Shown here piece by piece: positions 1-11,781 of a stretch of 64,000 nt of DNA. How positions within the stretch are numbered: position 1 is the stretch's first letter; every line of letters begins with the position of its first letter. Source of the stretch: Albugo candida (taxonomy: Eukaryota); NCBI GenBank assembly GCA_040437565.1, contig JBDOQK010000008.1, forward strand, positions 434,001 to 498,000, given 5' to 3'. The notes below the pieces were generated by a model, which worked only from the letters and a program-made list of their open reading frames with translations, did not search any database and was not told the origin of the DNA. The position numbers and the translations under genes are program-made.

Positions 1-220
1 TTGCGGATGGATACACGCGCAGTCAATCGCACGATAGTGAGCGCTCTCCATAAGTATCAAAACAGTATCTGATACCATGAGGCAATATCTGATTCGCAGT
101 TAATAGCGATCGCATGCTTCCATGCAATAATGAAAATAGACTCTGGGCAATGTCCTAATTAACGCTATTATAGAATTCGCAATACACCAACAGACACAAC
201 CTTTTCATTGCATTGATTCG

Positions 221-2568
221 ATGAACCAGTATCCAGAGATATCCTCTGATAAAAGTTCCATTCAGAGACAATCAGCGAAGCAATTAGAAGCGTTGCTTTT
301 AAACTCCAAAGGCGCTGAGAAAAACGATCTTCAAAATGAGACTTGCATTTTAGATGCCGACTTTCTGATTGCGCAAGCAGGAAACTACGATCTAAACGCC
401 ACGAAAGAGGTTTGCTTGCTTCTACTCTCCTCAGCATAATTGCTCACATATTGTATCAGCTAATTCTTCGCGAAGTTGGAATAACAGACATTGATCCGCA
501 TTGTGCGCAAGCGCTCTTCTCCTTAGAGATACTCTCTTTATCACACAATCGTCTATCCTCTTTGGATCACTTTCACCACTTTGTCAATCTCATTGAAGTA
601 ATGCTCACTCCGATAACTATCGTGTGCTCTTGAGATATCATTTTGTTTCAGCTCAACTTAAATTTCAATCGAATTTCTTCATTGGAGCCTCTTAAGGTTG
701 TCAATTTTGCATCCTTGTCAGCTTCGATCTGCTCATTTTCATCCATAGTGCACGCAATTGGAGAAGCTCTTTGTCGCACACAATGAGGTATGAAGCCATG
801 TCGAACTGGTTGAGGCTTTGGCTAGTAGTTTCTGCAGATTACCGATCTATCTCCGATAAGATCTTTCTCCAAGCTGACGACACTTTGTGTATTTGGGAAT
901 CAATTGAGTAATCTAGAATCTGTATTACATGTTTGCCGGGCGCTACCAAAGGTGAGGAGCTGTTGGGTGCAATAGAGGATTGCTTGCTTGAGCATTTACG
1001 AAAGTCTTTAGCTGCAATCTCTCGACATTGGAGATAATCCATCCACACGACAAAATGCTCGGAATCCGGAAGAGAGCAAAGGTGCAACGCGATACAAATT
1101 CACTATCATACGAAATCTTCCTCGACTGAGACAATTGGATGGTGATTCGATCACACGACTCGATAAAGACCTTGCTGATGAAGAGGTGGAAATGCTTGGT
1201 GAATGTGATAACAATGAGTGCAGCATCCCTCCTCCACGGCCAATAACTGGTAATAAATGTCTTGCGAGCGCCCAGACTCGAAATCCAAGTGGTACGAAGG
1301 TTCGTTGGTCGATTTAACATATCCATTCATTTGTGCTTCTTGATAGCATTCGATCCCTTTTCGAGTGAAGAAATGCCACAAGGCAACGTACGCTTATTTC
1401 GCGATGAATATCTCAACAATCACCCGATTTTGCTGGGATATCTCGCTAAAAGTGCCGATGGAAGCGTAGATGAATCCATAACGGCACCTCGCCGGGAAAG
1501 CACTTTAGAGGCGTCAATGAGTGCGAGAAATGGAGCTGGCTTTGTTGAGCGAATGCGGAACGCAAACTCGGAGATGGATGATTCTAATCTACTCCAAACG
1601 GAAGAAAGGGATTTGGAGGATACGGGACGTTCCACGCCGATCTTGGATTTAGCAAACGTCAGTATGCAGACGACCCATTCTGCCGTAGATCCTTCCGACC
1701 CGAACACAACCATACGAAAGCTCGTTAATCATATTGAACGGCTCCAAGTAAGCAACCCTTTTTTACTTCATCTCATTGATCTTGATCGACAAATTGTTAG
1801 GTAAAGATTGAAAAGCTTCAAAGAGATCCTCTCAGTCATTCTTACGATCTTCTTCGAGAAGAGAACAAAAGACTTTTGCTCGAGAATCGCAATATTTCCA
1901 TTCTCCAGCATGAAATATGTCAGCTGAAAGAGCGTCCATCAACCGCACATTGCAATGGAGGCGACACAACACGGCTAAAATCGTTGGAGGTGCTGAGCAA
2001 GCTGCCAGATTTACTTTCTATCCACATTCTATATGGTTGTAGATCGAAAATGCTCAATTGCATCGAGAAATTCATCGCTTGCAGATGCTGGCAACGAATG
2101 ATCCCGGAGTGGAAAAATCCAAAACGACTCTCTCTTCCGATCAAGAGGTTCTGATAAAATTGCGTGATGTTCGTGACTTGACTCTCCACTTTAGCTGTTG
2201 CATGATTCTTCAACTTTTGATTTGGAACTCACAGAATTGATCATGCAAAATGAAGTCTCCCTGGATATAATTCGCAAGGTCTGCAATTTCCAATGAAACG
2301 ATTCACTGTACTGACGTCAAATCGATCGTAGGAAATCACCGCAACGAAAAGAGAGTGGGAAGAAGAATACCTTCAGTCGAAACCATCACGCCATATAACT
2401 CCATCAAGCATAATCCGTCCGTCGACTTCACTCGGATTCCGCGACGATAAATCCCCGACCATATCAAATCGGGTTTCCATGCTTCCAAGAAAACTAAATG
2501 ACCACCATTTAACGTCAAACGGGCCAACAATTCACCATATCCAAATGACAAAGCCGTCAGAGCATTAA
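221..2568 (+). CDS. Multi-exon leucine-rich-repeat protein with C-terminal coiled-coil region
   Basis: Spliced reading gives SDS22-like LRR units (LEILSLSHNRLSSL, LNLNFNRISSL, LEKLFVAHNEITDL, LTTLCVFGNQLSNL). GT-AG introns at 410-459 and 598-651 keep the frame. Later exon boundaries and the stop at 2566-2568 were inferred by eye. Confidence 0.65.
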
Positions 2569-2751
2569 GACACCATTTGTGCTTTTCCATTTCGATGCTA
2601 TTTTATTAGCGTGACCCACATTATAACAACCGCATCATGACTTAACTGAGCTTCTACAGTTCGATCATCTCATCAACAAGCAACCAACCAAATTTTCCAT
2701 TACCCATCGACTTGAAATTGTGAGATCTCTGCCCATTTCCTAGTCTCCAAC

Positions 2752-4731
2752 ATGGTCGTTTACAACTTCAAAAAGATCCAAAAGATCCCTTCCGCAACGG
2801 ATTTCATTGATATTGTGTTGACGCGTACACAACGAAAAACTCCGACCATTATCCATCCCACATATGCTATTTCTCGCATCCGGGCCTTCTACATGCGCAA
2901 GGTCAAATTCACGCAACAAACATGTCAAGAGAAGCTCACCCAGATCATCGACGATTTCCCCCGACTTGATGATTTGCATCCGTTTTACGCTGATTTGATC
3001 AATATCCTCTACGATCGCGACCATTACAAGCTCGCATTAGGCCAAATCAACACCGCTCGAGCGCTGATTGATACGATTGCCAAAGACTACGTCCGGATGC
3101 TCAAGTATGGTGACTCCCTGTATCGATGTAAGCAACTGAAACGTGCAGCTCTTGGTCGCATGTGCACATTGCTGAAGAAGCAAAAAGCTTCTTTGGAATA
3201 CTTGGAAGAAGTTCGAAAACATCTGTCCAGGTTACCGTCAATTGATCCCAATACGCGGACTTTGCTCATCACAGGCTTTCCAAATGTGGGCAAATCCAGC
3301 TTCATGAATAAGATTTCTCGAGCCCAAGTCGATGTGCAGCCATATGCATTTACCACCAAAGCGCTGTATGTCGGTCATTTTGACTATAAGTACCTCCGTT
3401 GGCAAGTCATTGATACCCCAGGAATTCTGGATCATTCACTGGAGGAACGCAACACGATCGAAATGCAGGCTGTTACCGCGTTAGCTCATTTGCAGGCATC
3501 CATTCTATTTTTTCTCGATATCTCTGAACAGTGTGGTTTCACTATTGACCAGCAAGTGAGCTTGTTCCATAACATTCGACCTCTATTTGCCAATAAACCG
3601 CTTCTTTTGGTCGCCAATAAAATCGATCAAATAAAGTTGGAAGAATTAGCACAAGAGCACCAAGATTTGATCCATAAAGCTGTTGAAACCACGGAAGCGA
3701 CTTTGTTCACAATGTCCAACCACAGCGAAGAGAATGTTTCCAATGTGAAAAATGTCGCTTGTGACCAACTTTTGGATCATCGTGTTGGAATGAAAATGAA
3801 GGGAAACAAAGTTGGCAATGTGTTGAATCGATTGACGGTCGCAATGCCAGTTCCTCGTGATGATGTCAAGCGCGAAGCCTCGATTCCCACCTCTGTCATC
3901 GATATGAAAGAAAATCCATCGCTCCAGAGCACTCGTGTCTCGCAAAAGGAGATCAGTGATGCAAACGGAGGTGCTGGTGTCTATTCAATGGACTTTCGCG
4001 GTCATTACAAAGGAATGCTCAAAAACGATGACTGGACCTCGGATCCAATTCCTGAAATTTGGAATGGCAAAAACATCATGGACTTTATTGATCCAGATAT
4101 ATTAAAAAAATTGGACATGCTCGAACGAGAAGAAGACGACGCCATGGAGAATGCAGCCACATCGATGGAGGACGATGACGATGGAATGGACGACTTGGAT
4201 GAAGATCAGAAGTCGCAATTGGCACAAATCAGAGAAAAGAAGGCCATTATTGTGGCACAGCATCGACAAAACAAAAATAAAAATCGGTCTAGCGTACCTC
4301 GCAAATTCCTTTCCAGACAAAGAAGCCTTTCCTCCACCAAGAAAGATCTGGAAGCTCTTGGGATCGATACGAGCAGGATGATGAATGCTGGGGAAGTAGC
4401 TGCTAAAGGAAAAGCTGTTGAGAAGAGTCGAGGACGGAAACGGCATCGTGATGACGATGATGTTGAGATGGAAGATGTCCAAGATGCTGGTAAGCGCGCA
4501 AAGCTGGTCTCCAAATCGCGAAATCGATCCCAATCACTGGTACCTCCACGTGATAAAAGCGGGTTCCGTGATGAAAGTGCTGCCCGGCAAGCGACAAATG
4601 CTGCTCGGCAATCACAACGGAAACGGAACAAGAAAGCGCAAGCCGGAGAAGCAGATCGTCGTACGGTTCCAAAGCTTGCAAAATGGCAGAATTCAGGAAA
4701 GCGGAAGCAAGGAACCACACGATCCCGTTAG
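2752..4731 (+). CDS. NOG1: Nucleolar GTP-binding protein 1 (60S biogenesis GTPase)
   Basis: N-terminus MVVYNFKKIQKIPSATDFIDIVL, G1 GFPNVGKSS, G3 DTPG, G4 NKID, NOGCT-like GGAGVYSMD...DFIDPDI, and a basic C-terminal tail. Single exon, 659 aa. Confidence 0.97.
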   Translation: MVVYNFKKIQKIPSATDFIDIVLTRTQRKTPTIIHPTYAISRIRAFYMRKVKFTQQTCQEKLTQIIDDFPRLDDLHPFYADLINILYDRDHYKLALGQINTARALIDTIAKDYVRMLKYGDSLYRCKQLKRAALGRMCTLLKKQKASLEYLEEVRKHLSRLPSIDPNTRTLLITGFPNVGKSSFMNKISRAQVDVQPYAFTTKALYVGHFDYKYLRWQVIDTPGILDHSLEERNTIEMQAVTALAHLQASILFFLDISEQCGFTIDQQVSLFHNIRPLFANKPLLLVANKIDQIKLEELAQEHQDLIHKAVETTEATLFTMSNHSEENVSNVKNVACDQLLDHRVGMKMKGNKVGNVLNRLTVAMPVPRDDVKREASIPTSVIDMKENPSLQSTRVSQKEISDANGGAGVYSMDFRGHYKGMLKNDDWTSDPIPEIWNGKNIMDFIDPDILKKLDMLEREEDDAMENAATSMEDDDDGMDDLDEDQKSQLAQIREKKAIIVAQHRQNKNKNRSSVPRKFLSRQRSLSSTKKDLEALGIDTSRMMNAGEVAAKGKAVEKSRGRKRHRDDDDVEMEDVQDAGKRAKLVSKSRNRSQSLVPPRDKSGFRDESAARQATNAARQSQRKRNKKAQAGEADRRTVPKLAKWQNSGKRKQGTTRSR

Positions 4732-4935
4732 AGACTTGTGTGTTGTATATCCATTTTGTATCTTGAATCTACATTGCTTATTGATTCTTGCAGATCAGTC
4801 GAGATCTCTCATCTATGTGTTCGGTACGTTTTGGTGCTTTGAGCTTCCCTGTCAGCTCTGGCCAACTTGACATTGCTGAAAAGCTTTAGCAGTTTTGTTG
4901 CTGCTTGCGCCATGTTTTTTTTCGCTTGGCAACGA

Positions 4936-6126
4936 TTAGTAGCCCGTCCATGTGATTCTTCCAGAGAGATGCTTTACGTATTTCTTTCGGAGGGGAGGTA
5001 GTAGATGTCGATATCGCTCGGACGGGCGTTGATGAAGTGGTTCTTTTGCTTGTAAGCGATACCAATGAGCCCTTTGATCTTTATTTTCGATATGACTTGA
5101 GCATTTGTCTCGTGATAGTTTGCTGTCGCTCATAATTGAATCAAATACCATTTTGGAAACACATTCCTCAGTCGACAACTTGCTTGAGCTTGTCACGAAT
5201 TGTAGTGTCTCATATGAAGAAGACAATCGAGGTCTCTTATTTGCTTTGACAATTGCTGGTTTTGCGTCGCAGTTGCCATCGTATCTTCTCGTGGTGCGTT
5301 CCTTTTCCATTTGACCGTTGATAACATTAAATTGGTCAAGGTTGGAACGAATAATGCTCGAAGTTGTATTGAGAGCGTAATTCGCTGCTTGCAAAACGAA
5401 GCGGTTGGAGTTGGCAGACTCATTTATTGCTAACGGATTGTCTATAATCGATTCGTCATGCAGTCTTTCACTGATTGACCTTTTTTCATCAGACTCCACA
5501 GGTGTTCCACCCTTATTATTGAGCTCCTGATCTAATACACCAAGAGTTAGGGGTCTACACACCCCACTGACCACATCATTACACGTTATGCTATGAATAA
5601 GCTTCTGCGTTTCCCCAGAGCGCCTAATCGTAACTCCAAGGTGCTTTACTGTGGCGAAACCTGGGTACCTTCCTCCGACGTATCTCACAAAAATCTTCTT
5701 TTCGCCATTGATTATCACAGCTTCTCTCATTGCACTGACTGTTAAGCGCAAAATCTGTTTGAATTCGATACCACATAAAGAACGCTTCCATTCAAAATCT
5801 TCGCACGGATATGTTGTACCATTAAATCTCTTCCGCATCAGCTTCACGCGACCCACTCTACACGTGATAAAAGATCCGCTGCCTCGGAATAGGATCATTT
5901 CGTTGCGTGAGAACCCCACTTCAGACTTCCACGTCCCGATACTGCGGGATACTGCCTCTTTCTTCTTCGCTGTTTCGTTATTTTGACAAAGTATTGTGTT
6001 TGTAGATGAATTAATCACGCTGTAACGTTCCACCTTCTCGCACCCATCATCCCTTTCATTATCGGAACTTTCATTCCGAGCCGAAATACGTGTAATCCGT
6101 CTCAATAACTCGCTTAATAACAGCAT
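4936..6126 (-). CDS. Hypothetical protein (396 aa)
   Basis: Long uninterrupted ATG-initiated ORF filling the space between NOG1 and the helicase. No motif recognised. Confidence 0.6.
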   Translation of the reverse strand: MLLLSELLRRITRISARNESSDNERDDGCEKVERYSVINSSTNTILCQNNETAKKKEAVSRSIGTWKSEVGFSRNEMILFRGSGSFITCRVGRVKLMRKRFNGTTYPCEDFEWKRSLCGIEFKQILRLTVSAMREAVIINGEKKIFVRYVGGRYPGFATVKHLGVTIRRSGETQKLIHSITCNDVVSGVCRPLTLGVLDQELNNKGGTPVESDEKRSISERLHDESIIDNPLAINESANSNRFVLQAANYALNTTSSIIRSNLDQFNVINGQMEKERTTRRYDGNCDAKPAIVKANKRPRLSSSYETLQFVTSSSKLSTEECVSKMVFDSIMSDSKLSRDKCSSHIENKDQRAHWYRLQAKEPLHQRPSERYRHLLPPLRKKYVKHLSGRITWTGY

Positions 6127-6260
6127 TTTGATTCTGAATCGTCCAAGTTGAAGTCAGTGATTACCTTTTTTTTTATCCAACCAAAGATCTGACTAACAAT
6201 GCATAACTACCTATACGCTTTAACGCTTCATATCTGCAACCATATCAGCTACGTGTTCCA

Positions 6261-9200
6261 ATGTCACTAATTGGAAGGAATGCACCGCCTTTAGCTGCGA
6301 AAAATTCGGGATTCCGCGTACAACTGACAGACAGCGAGTCCTGCAACCGTTCCAAATGGATCTTCACTCAAGGATACGAATTTTCTCGATCTGAAGAGCA
6401 GTACTTTCACGACAACATATTTCCTCAACTTCGATTGAGGCAAAAAACGCAGTTCCGCGCCATTTCCAAATGCGCTCCAAGGAAACAAACAGATATCATC
6501 TTGAAACAGCGTACGAAACCACGAATAGAGAGAATCCTACGTGCTTTATCTTCCTGCTACAATGAAAACGAACAGAAATCGCAGCATAACGACGCAGAAT
6601 GTTTGTATCCATCAGAGCTTTTGGAAGCCTGTCGATATGTAAATACGTTGGAAGACGCACTTTTGTTCATTGCGTTTCAAAATACAAGGGATACTCTTCC
6701 TAAATCGCTCTCTGTATCGCGTCTTATTACATTAAAACCTTTAAAAAAAGCTCTTGAAAAAGAGCGTTCTAATACAATAAAACAGGTCTCAATCACTACT
6801 TTGGATGGCTCACTGCGAATGAGAGAATGTGACACGGATACATGGCGCAAAGAAGCTATTCAAAGTCGAAAGAATCAAATGGAAGAGGTGCATTTGTCAT
6901 CCTCCAAGCAATGGACCAAGCAATTTCTACAGCAGGCGGAAGATCACGATACTGGAGAGAAGCTTCTACAGCAGAGAGAAATAGAAAGTCTGGAATTGGT
7001 GTATTTGTCGCTGAAAAGCGATTTGATGGGTCTGAAGAACGACACGAAGAAGAATAAGAAGAAAAGGAGGGAAAGGCTCAAAATTGAGATCGAAAATACA
7101 CGTTTGCAATTGCTCCAACTTGGATGGGAAAGCACGAAAACGGATGCAGCAGAAGCACAACAACAGAGAAGTCGGAAAAAAGCTGCAGAAAAGGTCGAAG
7201 AGGTTGAAATGATGCTGGGATGCTTCATGGACACTGATGATGAGGCGATTCCAGAACAGCATGAGGCCCCTATCGAAATCACTTGCCCCGATCTCGAGAT
7301 TCCTGAAAGCTGTCTCCTGAAAACCCCGCAGCTTCACCTGTCTGAATTCTGCCAAAAGCAGCATTATCGGCCTCCGGAGTACCATGAGATATCTATCAAA
7401 CCGCACGGTCGTCACCTTTACTTTATCTCCATCAAAGCTGAGCAAGTATGTGGGAAAAAACATTCCAAGCGATTTATATCGAAAAAAGGTTTTGGAGTGT
7501 GGAAAAACGAAGGCAAAACAACGGTATTCGAGTGCCGGATTGACAGTATCTCGGATGCGCAGGCGCAATTATACGCGACACAAGGATTCGCTACAGCTGT
7601 ACAAGCTAAAAACTATGTGTCTGCGTGCGCTTTATTCGCATTAGCACCTGATCTTCCTTTATACCGCGTCCTACCTCCACCATTCCGAGCAATTTGGCTT
7701 GGATTTCTCGATGCGGAAAACATGGAAACGACAATCGCACTGAAAGGGAAGAAAGAACGAATGGAATCTCTGCTGGATGAACTTTTATACACCGTTCCAG
7801 ACGAATTCCTCAGCGATTTTTACTCGCCAACAGAAGACGTTAAGGATCTGATTCCCATTGAAGACGACAAGTCTTTGGAAATTCGGAATTGGCAAGTCGA
7901 TGACTGGGATGCTGATTTATCTGGCGACTATATCGAACGGCCAGTGTGTCGAGACCCTCCTCCTGCAACACAGACAGATTGGACGGATCGGGTAGCGAGG
8001 CCTCATCACTGCTCAACAGATCGATTTCGTCGACTTAGAGACCTCGCGCTTGGAAGACTGACTTCTTCACAGCATAAAGCTCATATCAAAACACGAGAAG
8101 AGCTTCCCATCAGTCAATTTCGCTCGATAATTTTGGAGACATTGGCTCAATACGATATTATGCTTTTGTGTGGAGAAACAGGATGTGGAAAAAGTACTCA
8201 AGTTCCGCAAATGCTTTTGGAGTCTTTGCTGAAGGATACACATGCAACAGATTGTTTTCATATCGTGTGCACGCAACCACGTCGTCTTGCAGCTATGAGT
8301 TTGGCTTCTCGAGTGGCTTTGGAGCTTGGAGAGGATCCACGAACGGCTCGATTGGGATCCACAGACTCTATCTGCGGCTATCACGTTCGATTTGATCCAA
8401 GAGTACACGATCAAACGCGGCTTGTTTTTTGTACAGTTGGCATTCTTCTTCGTCAGCTGCAATCGGACTCAATCAGCTCCCACGTCACTCATCTGATAGT
8501 CGACGAAATTCACGAACGCGATGTTCAGACGGATATTCTGCTCACATTATTGAAACAGCTTCTCATCAAACAGTCCAAGTCACAGGTGTCGAGGCTCAAA
8601 GTAATTCTCATGAGCGCTACCGTCCAAGCGAGCACCTTCCAGTCGTATTTTGGAGGTGAACATGCGTGTCCAATGCTCACAGTTCCGGGCAAACTTTACG
8701 AGGTCCAAGAGCTTTTCCTAGAAGACGTGCTGGAAAAAACTGGATTCGTTGCGTTCCGAGATGTCCAGGAAGACTCTGTGGAACAGGAGGTGCAAGTACG
8801 TGTCACCGGAAAGGGAGGCAAGTCGTACACAGAAACGCATTCGTGGCAGGAAAAGATCGTATCAGCTTCTGGTGTGTGCTCGTTGAGCGGGTACAGCGAT
8901 CAAACATTACAGTCCTTACGCGATTTGGATCCATTTGATGAGATTCCGTACGAGCTGATCACGCACGTTATCGCGTATTTGGTGAGCAGCAATGACGCGA
9001 GTTTGGACACCTCTGACTCGGTCTCTATTTTGGTATTTCTGCCTGGAACACATGAGATCATGATGCTGCTCAATCTTTTGGACAATCATTCAGTTCTCAG
9101 AGACCAAATTGAGCTGATTCCATTACATTCTTCGCTTTCAGCCAAAGCCCAACAACGCGCTTTTGATGTGTCATCCCACCAGCGTCGAATTCGTGTCATT

Positions 9201-10631
9201 ATTGCGACCAATATCGCTGAAACTTCACTGACAATCCAAGATGTTCGTGTGGTAATTGACTCAGGCCGCGCCAAAGAATTGCGTCATGATCCAATTCATC
9301 GGACGAACGTGCTGGAAACTGTTTGGATCTCACAAGCCAATTGCAAACAACGTAAAGGCCGCGCTGGACGTACGAGTGCTGGACTTTGTTTGCGACTGTA
9401 TCCGTCGTACGTTATGGAATCAATGCCTTTACAGCCTGTGCCTGAGATCCAACGAACATCGCTGACGTCCTTGTGCCTCGACATCTTTGTATTAATGGGT
9501 GAGACCACGTCAACTTGCTACCAGGAATTCTTAGACCAGTGTTTGGACCCTCCTAAAGCTGGATTTGTGGCTGATGCATTGCAAGAGTTGAATGGTATTG
9601 GTGCGTTGGAAAATGTTGTGATCAATGGCGAGCCTACGGAGCGTCTTACACATCTTGGAAGATATTTAGCAGCACTTCCAATGGACGTGAAAGTGGGGAA
9701 AATGCTCGTCTTGGGCGCTGTTTTCAATGTGTACGATGCGATGGCCACGTGTGCGGCCATTTTCGAGTCAAAATCGCCTTTTTTGGCGCCATATGAAGCA
9801 CGCAAAGAAATGCAAACAAGTCAACAGAAATTTTCAACCGGTCTTAGCGACGTGCTCACACAAGCTGCAGCATTTGAGACCTGGGAGGAAGCTTTCTCAA
9901 ACTCCAAATCGGACGTGAAGGAAGCGGTATTTTGTCGGCAGCATGGGTTGGATCGATTGAGTTTGCGTACAATTGCAAAGCTGAAGACCCAATTCACATC
10001 ACTCATGGAGCGACTCGGCTTTGTCCGAGCTCCAATCCGGCATACCCGAGTCCAGAGTCACATTCCGATCCTTACAGCTTTGCTGTATGCGAGCCTTGCA
10101 CCGAATCTTGTGGTGAACGTGCCGACCGAGAAACTCGCATGGCGTGATGCTCAGCAGAATATCGCGTATATCCATCCAGCCTCTGTGAATCATGCTCGGA
10201 ACGGACACTCCAACCTGTCCCTGAGAAGCTTGCTGAAGCGTGGACTCTGCACGCTGTTTCTCACGTTCCATGTCCGACTAGAGACTTCGCGTGTGTATCT
10301 CCCGTCCACGAGCTTTGTCACACCCGTCATGCTGATTCTCTTCAGCGCTAATGTATCGCTCGATATTCAATTATCGAATGAGAAACAATCGGTGGACGTT
10401 TATCGACTCATTGTGGATGGATGGATTGCATTAGAATGTTCGCTTCGATCAGCGATGCTTTTGATGGGTATGCGTCAGGTCACACAGGAGCTTTTGGCTG
10501 AACGAATACAAAGTCCCCGACACAAGAGAGCCTCTGAGGATCATCCTGACGACGTGAAAAGCTTGGAAGCCGTCACGCGTCTCTTACAGAATGAGTACGC
10601 GTACTACTTTTCCAGCGTGGAAGACAGATAA
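6261..10631 (+). CDS. DEAH/RHA-family ATP-dependent RNA helicase, DHX29/DHX57-like
   Basis: GETGCGKST, TQPRRLAA, DEIHER, MSAT, ATNIAETSLT, QRKGRAGR, HA2 and OB-fold (IHPASVN) regions. The N-terminal dsRBD-like segment (TPQLHLSEFCQK...LYRVLPPPFRAIW) is typical of the DHX29/57 group. Confidence 0.9.
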   Translation: MSLIGRNAPPLAAKNSGFRVQLTDSESCNRSKWIFTQGYEFSRSEEQYFHDNIFPQLRLRQKTQFRAISKCAPRKQTDIILKQRTKPRIERILRALSSCYNENEQKSQHNDAECLYPSELLEACRYVNTLEDALLFIAFQNTRDTLPKSLSVSRLITLKPLKKALEKERSNTIKQVSITTLDGSLRMRECDTDTWRKEAIQSRKNQMEEVHLSSSKQWTKQFLQQAEDHDTGEKLLQQREIESLELVYLSLKSDLMGLKNDTKKNKKKRRERLKIEIENTRLQLLQLGWESTKTDAAEAQQQRSRKKAAEKVEEVEMMLGCFMDTDDEAIPEQHEAPIEITCPDLEIPESCLLKTPQLHLSEFCQKQHYRPPEYHEISIKPHGRHLYFISIKAEQVCGKKHSKRFISKKGFGVWKNEGKTTVFECRIDSISDAQAQLYATQGFATAVQAKNYVSACALFALAPDLPLYRVLPPPFRAIWLGFLDAENMETTIALKGKKERMESLLDELLYTVPDEFLSDFYSPTEDVKDLIPIEDDKSLEIRNWQVDDWDADLSGDYIERPVCRDPPPATQTDWTDRVARPHHCSTDRFRRLRDLALGRLTSSQHKAHIKTREELPISQFRSIILETLAQYDIMLLCGETGCGKSTQVPQMLLESLLKDTHATDCFHIVCTQPRRLAAMSLASRVALELGEDPRTARLGSTDSICGYHVRFDPRVHDQTRLVFCTVGILLRQLQSDSISSHVTHLIVDEIHERDVQTDILLTLLKQLLIKQSKSQVSRLKVILMSATVQASTFQSYFGGEHACPMLTVPGKLYEVQELFLEDVLEKTGFVAFRDVQEDSVEQEVQVRVTGKGGKSYTETHSWQEKIVSASGVCSLSGYSDQTLQSLRDLDPFDEIPYELITHVIAYLVSSNDASLDTSDSVSILVFLPGTHEIMMLLNLLDNHSVLRDQIELIPLHSSLSAKAQQRAFDVSSHQRRIRVIIATNIAETSLTIQDVRVVIDSGRAKELRHDPIHRTNVLETVWISQANCKQRKGRAGRTSAGLCLRLYPSYVMESMPLQPVPEIQRTSLTSLCLDIFVLMGETTSTCYQEFLDQCLDPPKAGFVADALQELNGIGALENVVINGEPTERLTHLGRYLAALPMDVKVGKMLVLGAVFNVYDAMATCAAIFESKSPFLAPYEARKEMQTSQQKFSTGLSDVLTQAAAFETWEEAFSNSKSDVKEAVFCRQHGLDRLSLRTIAKLKTQFTSLMERLGFVRAPIRHTRVQSHIPILTALLYASLAPNLVVNVPTEKLAWRDAQQNIAYIHPASVNHARNGHSNLSLRSLLKRGLCTLFLTFHVRLETSRVYLPSTSFVTPVMLILFSANVSLDIQLSNEKQSVDVYRLIVDGWIALECSLRSAMLLMGMRQVTQELLAERIQSPRHKRASEDHPDDVKSLEAVTRLLQNEYAYYFSSVEDR

Positions 10632-10651
10632 TTTACACATTTCACGTGTAT

Positions 10652-11679
10652 TCAGGTCTCTAAGACTGGTTTATCTACACTTTCTTCGTTGTTTTCCGAC
10701 GAATTTGGCTTGCATTCGTCCTACAAAGAGATGTAGCATGGGTTCGAGGCATTGTGTGGAAGCGTAAAATGCACGTACTTCAGACGTCTCCAAAGAAGCG
10801 AAAAATTCTTTTCGAAGGTTCTCATGCGCCGGTATTGGTCGAGTGAATCGGATAGAGGAGTTGGGTTCATCGTCAAAGACGCTTTCCAACGATCCACTAA
10901 CGCATCGTTCCACATTTGTGACATATGTCTCCAGCTCATCGTGAAATCTTCGCACAGAATCTCTTAATACAAATACAAAGTCAAAAGCAAAGGTCTTACA
11001 ACTTGAGCGCATTTGGATTTGCCACATTGTCTAAAATTTCTGGAAACTCTTTCATGTAAAAAATGCTTTTGAGAAAAGTCAACGCGGCCACCATATAATG
11101 TAATTCCGGGTCCCACTCTGGAAACTTGGCTTTAAGATCAAGTTTTCGAGTCTATGAACCGAGTCAACATCGCTTCATTCCAGCTTTAGCGATCGATACC
11201 TGAGGCGAAACGTATGGATGAAAGATTGATGAAGAGAATACGATGCTTGGGTACGTTCCCGGTCCATTATAACTGACATGCAACATCTCTCATTGCGCGA
11301 AATTCCTTGCGGCATCAAGTTGGACGTACTCGGAAGGAATCTCAATTGTAAATTTAAAAATTCCATTGCGATAGAGCCCCTGGTGAATGAATATGGTTCC
11401 ATACCAAATTCGCGAGTTATCAAAGCTCGGTAACACGTAGATTCCTGCAGGCACATGCTGTCTCAGATGCTTGTACTCAATCATAAGACCATAATCTTTC
11501 ATTGTTTGTGATCGATAACGCTGCAAAGAAGTCATTGTATCTTCAGTAGACGAGCGACCAGATGCATTTGAAGATGTGGAGCTTGCGTTTCTGGTATTTG
11601 AACAAAGACATTGAGCGTTATGGCGGAGGTTGTGCGTGCATCATTTATACCTGTCATCGGGTCGAAGTCGGCGAAGCAT
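10652..11679 (-). CDS. AKTIP: AKTIP/FTS (crossbronx)-like ubiquitin-conjugating enzyme variant, multi-exon
   Basis: YGLMIEYKHL...GIYVLPS...IWYGTIFIHQGLYRNGIFKFTIEIPSEY is a UEV fold of the AKTIP type. The start (MLRRLRPDD) and final exon were inferred from GT-AG sites. Confidence 0.75.
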
Positions 11680-11781
11680 TTTGGAATGGCAATGTGATTG
11701 GTGCAAAAAAAAAGCTTTTACATGCAAGGATTGGGTGATATGAATTTAATTCCTTGGCTTTCCGACCAATCATATAGGGGT

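Noticed and set aside
4102-4870. Several 100-170 aa antisense or alternative-frame ORFs over the NOG1 3' region
   Set aside because: Shadow ORFs of a charged low-complexity coding region, with no motifs.
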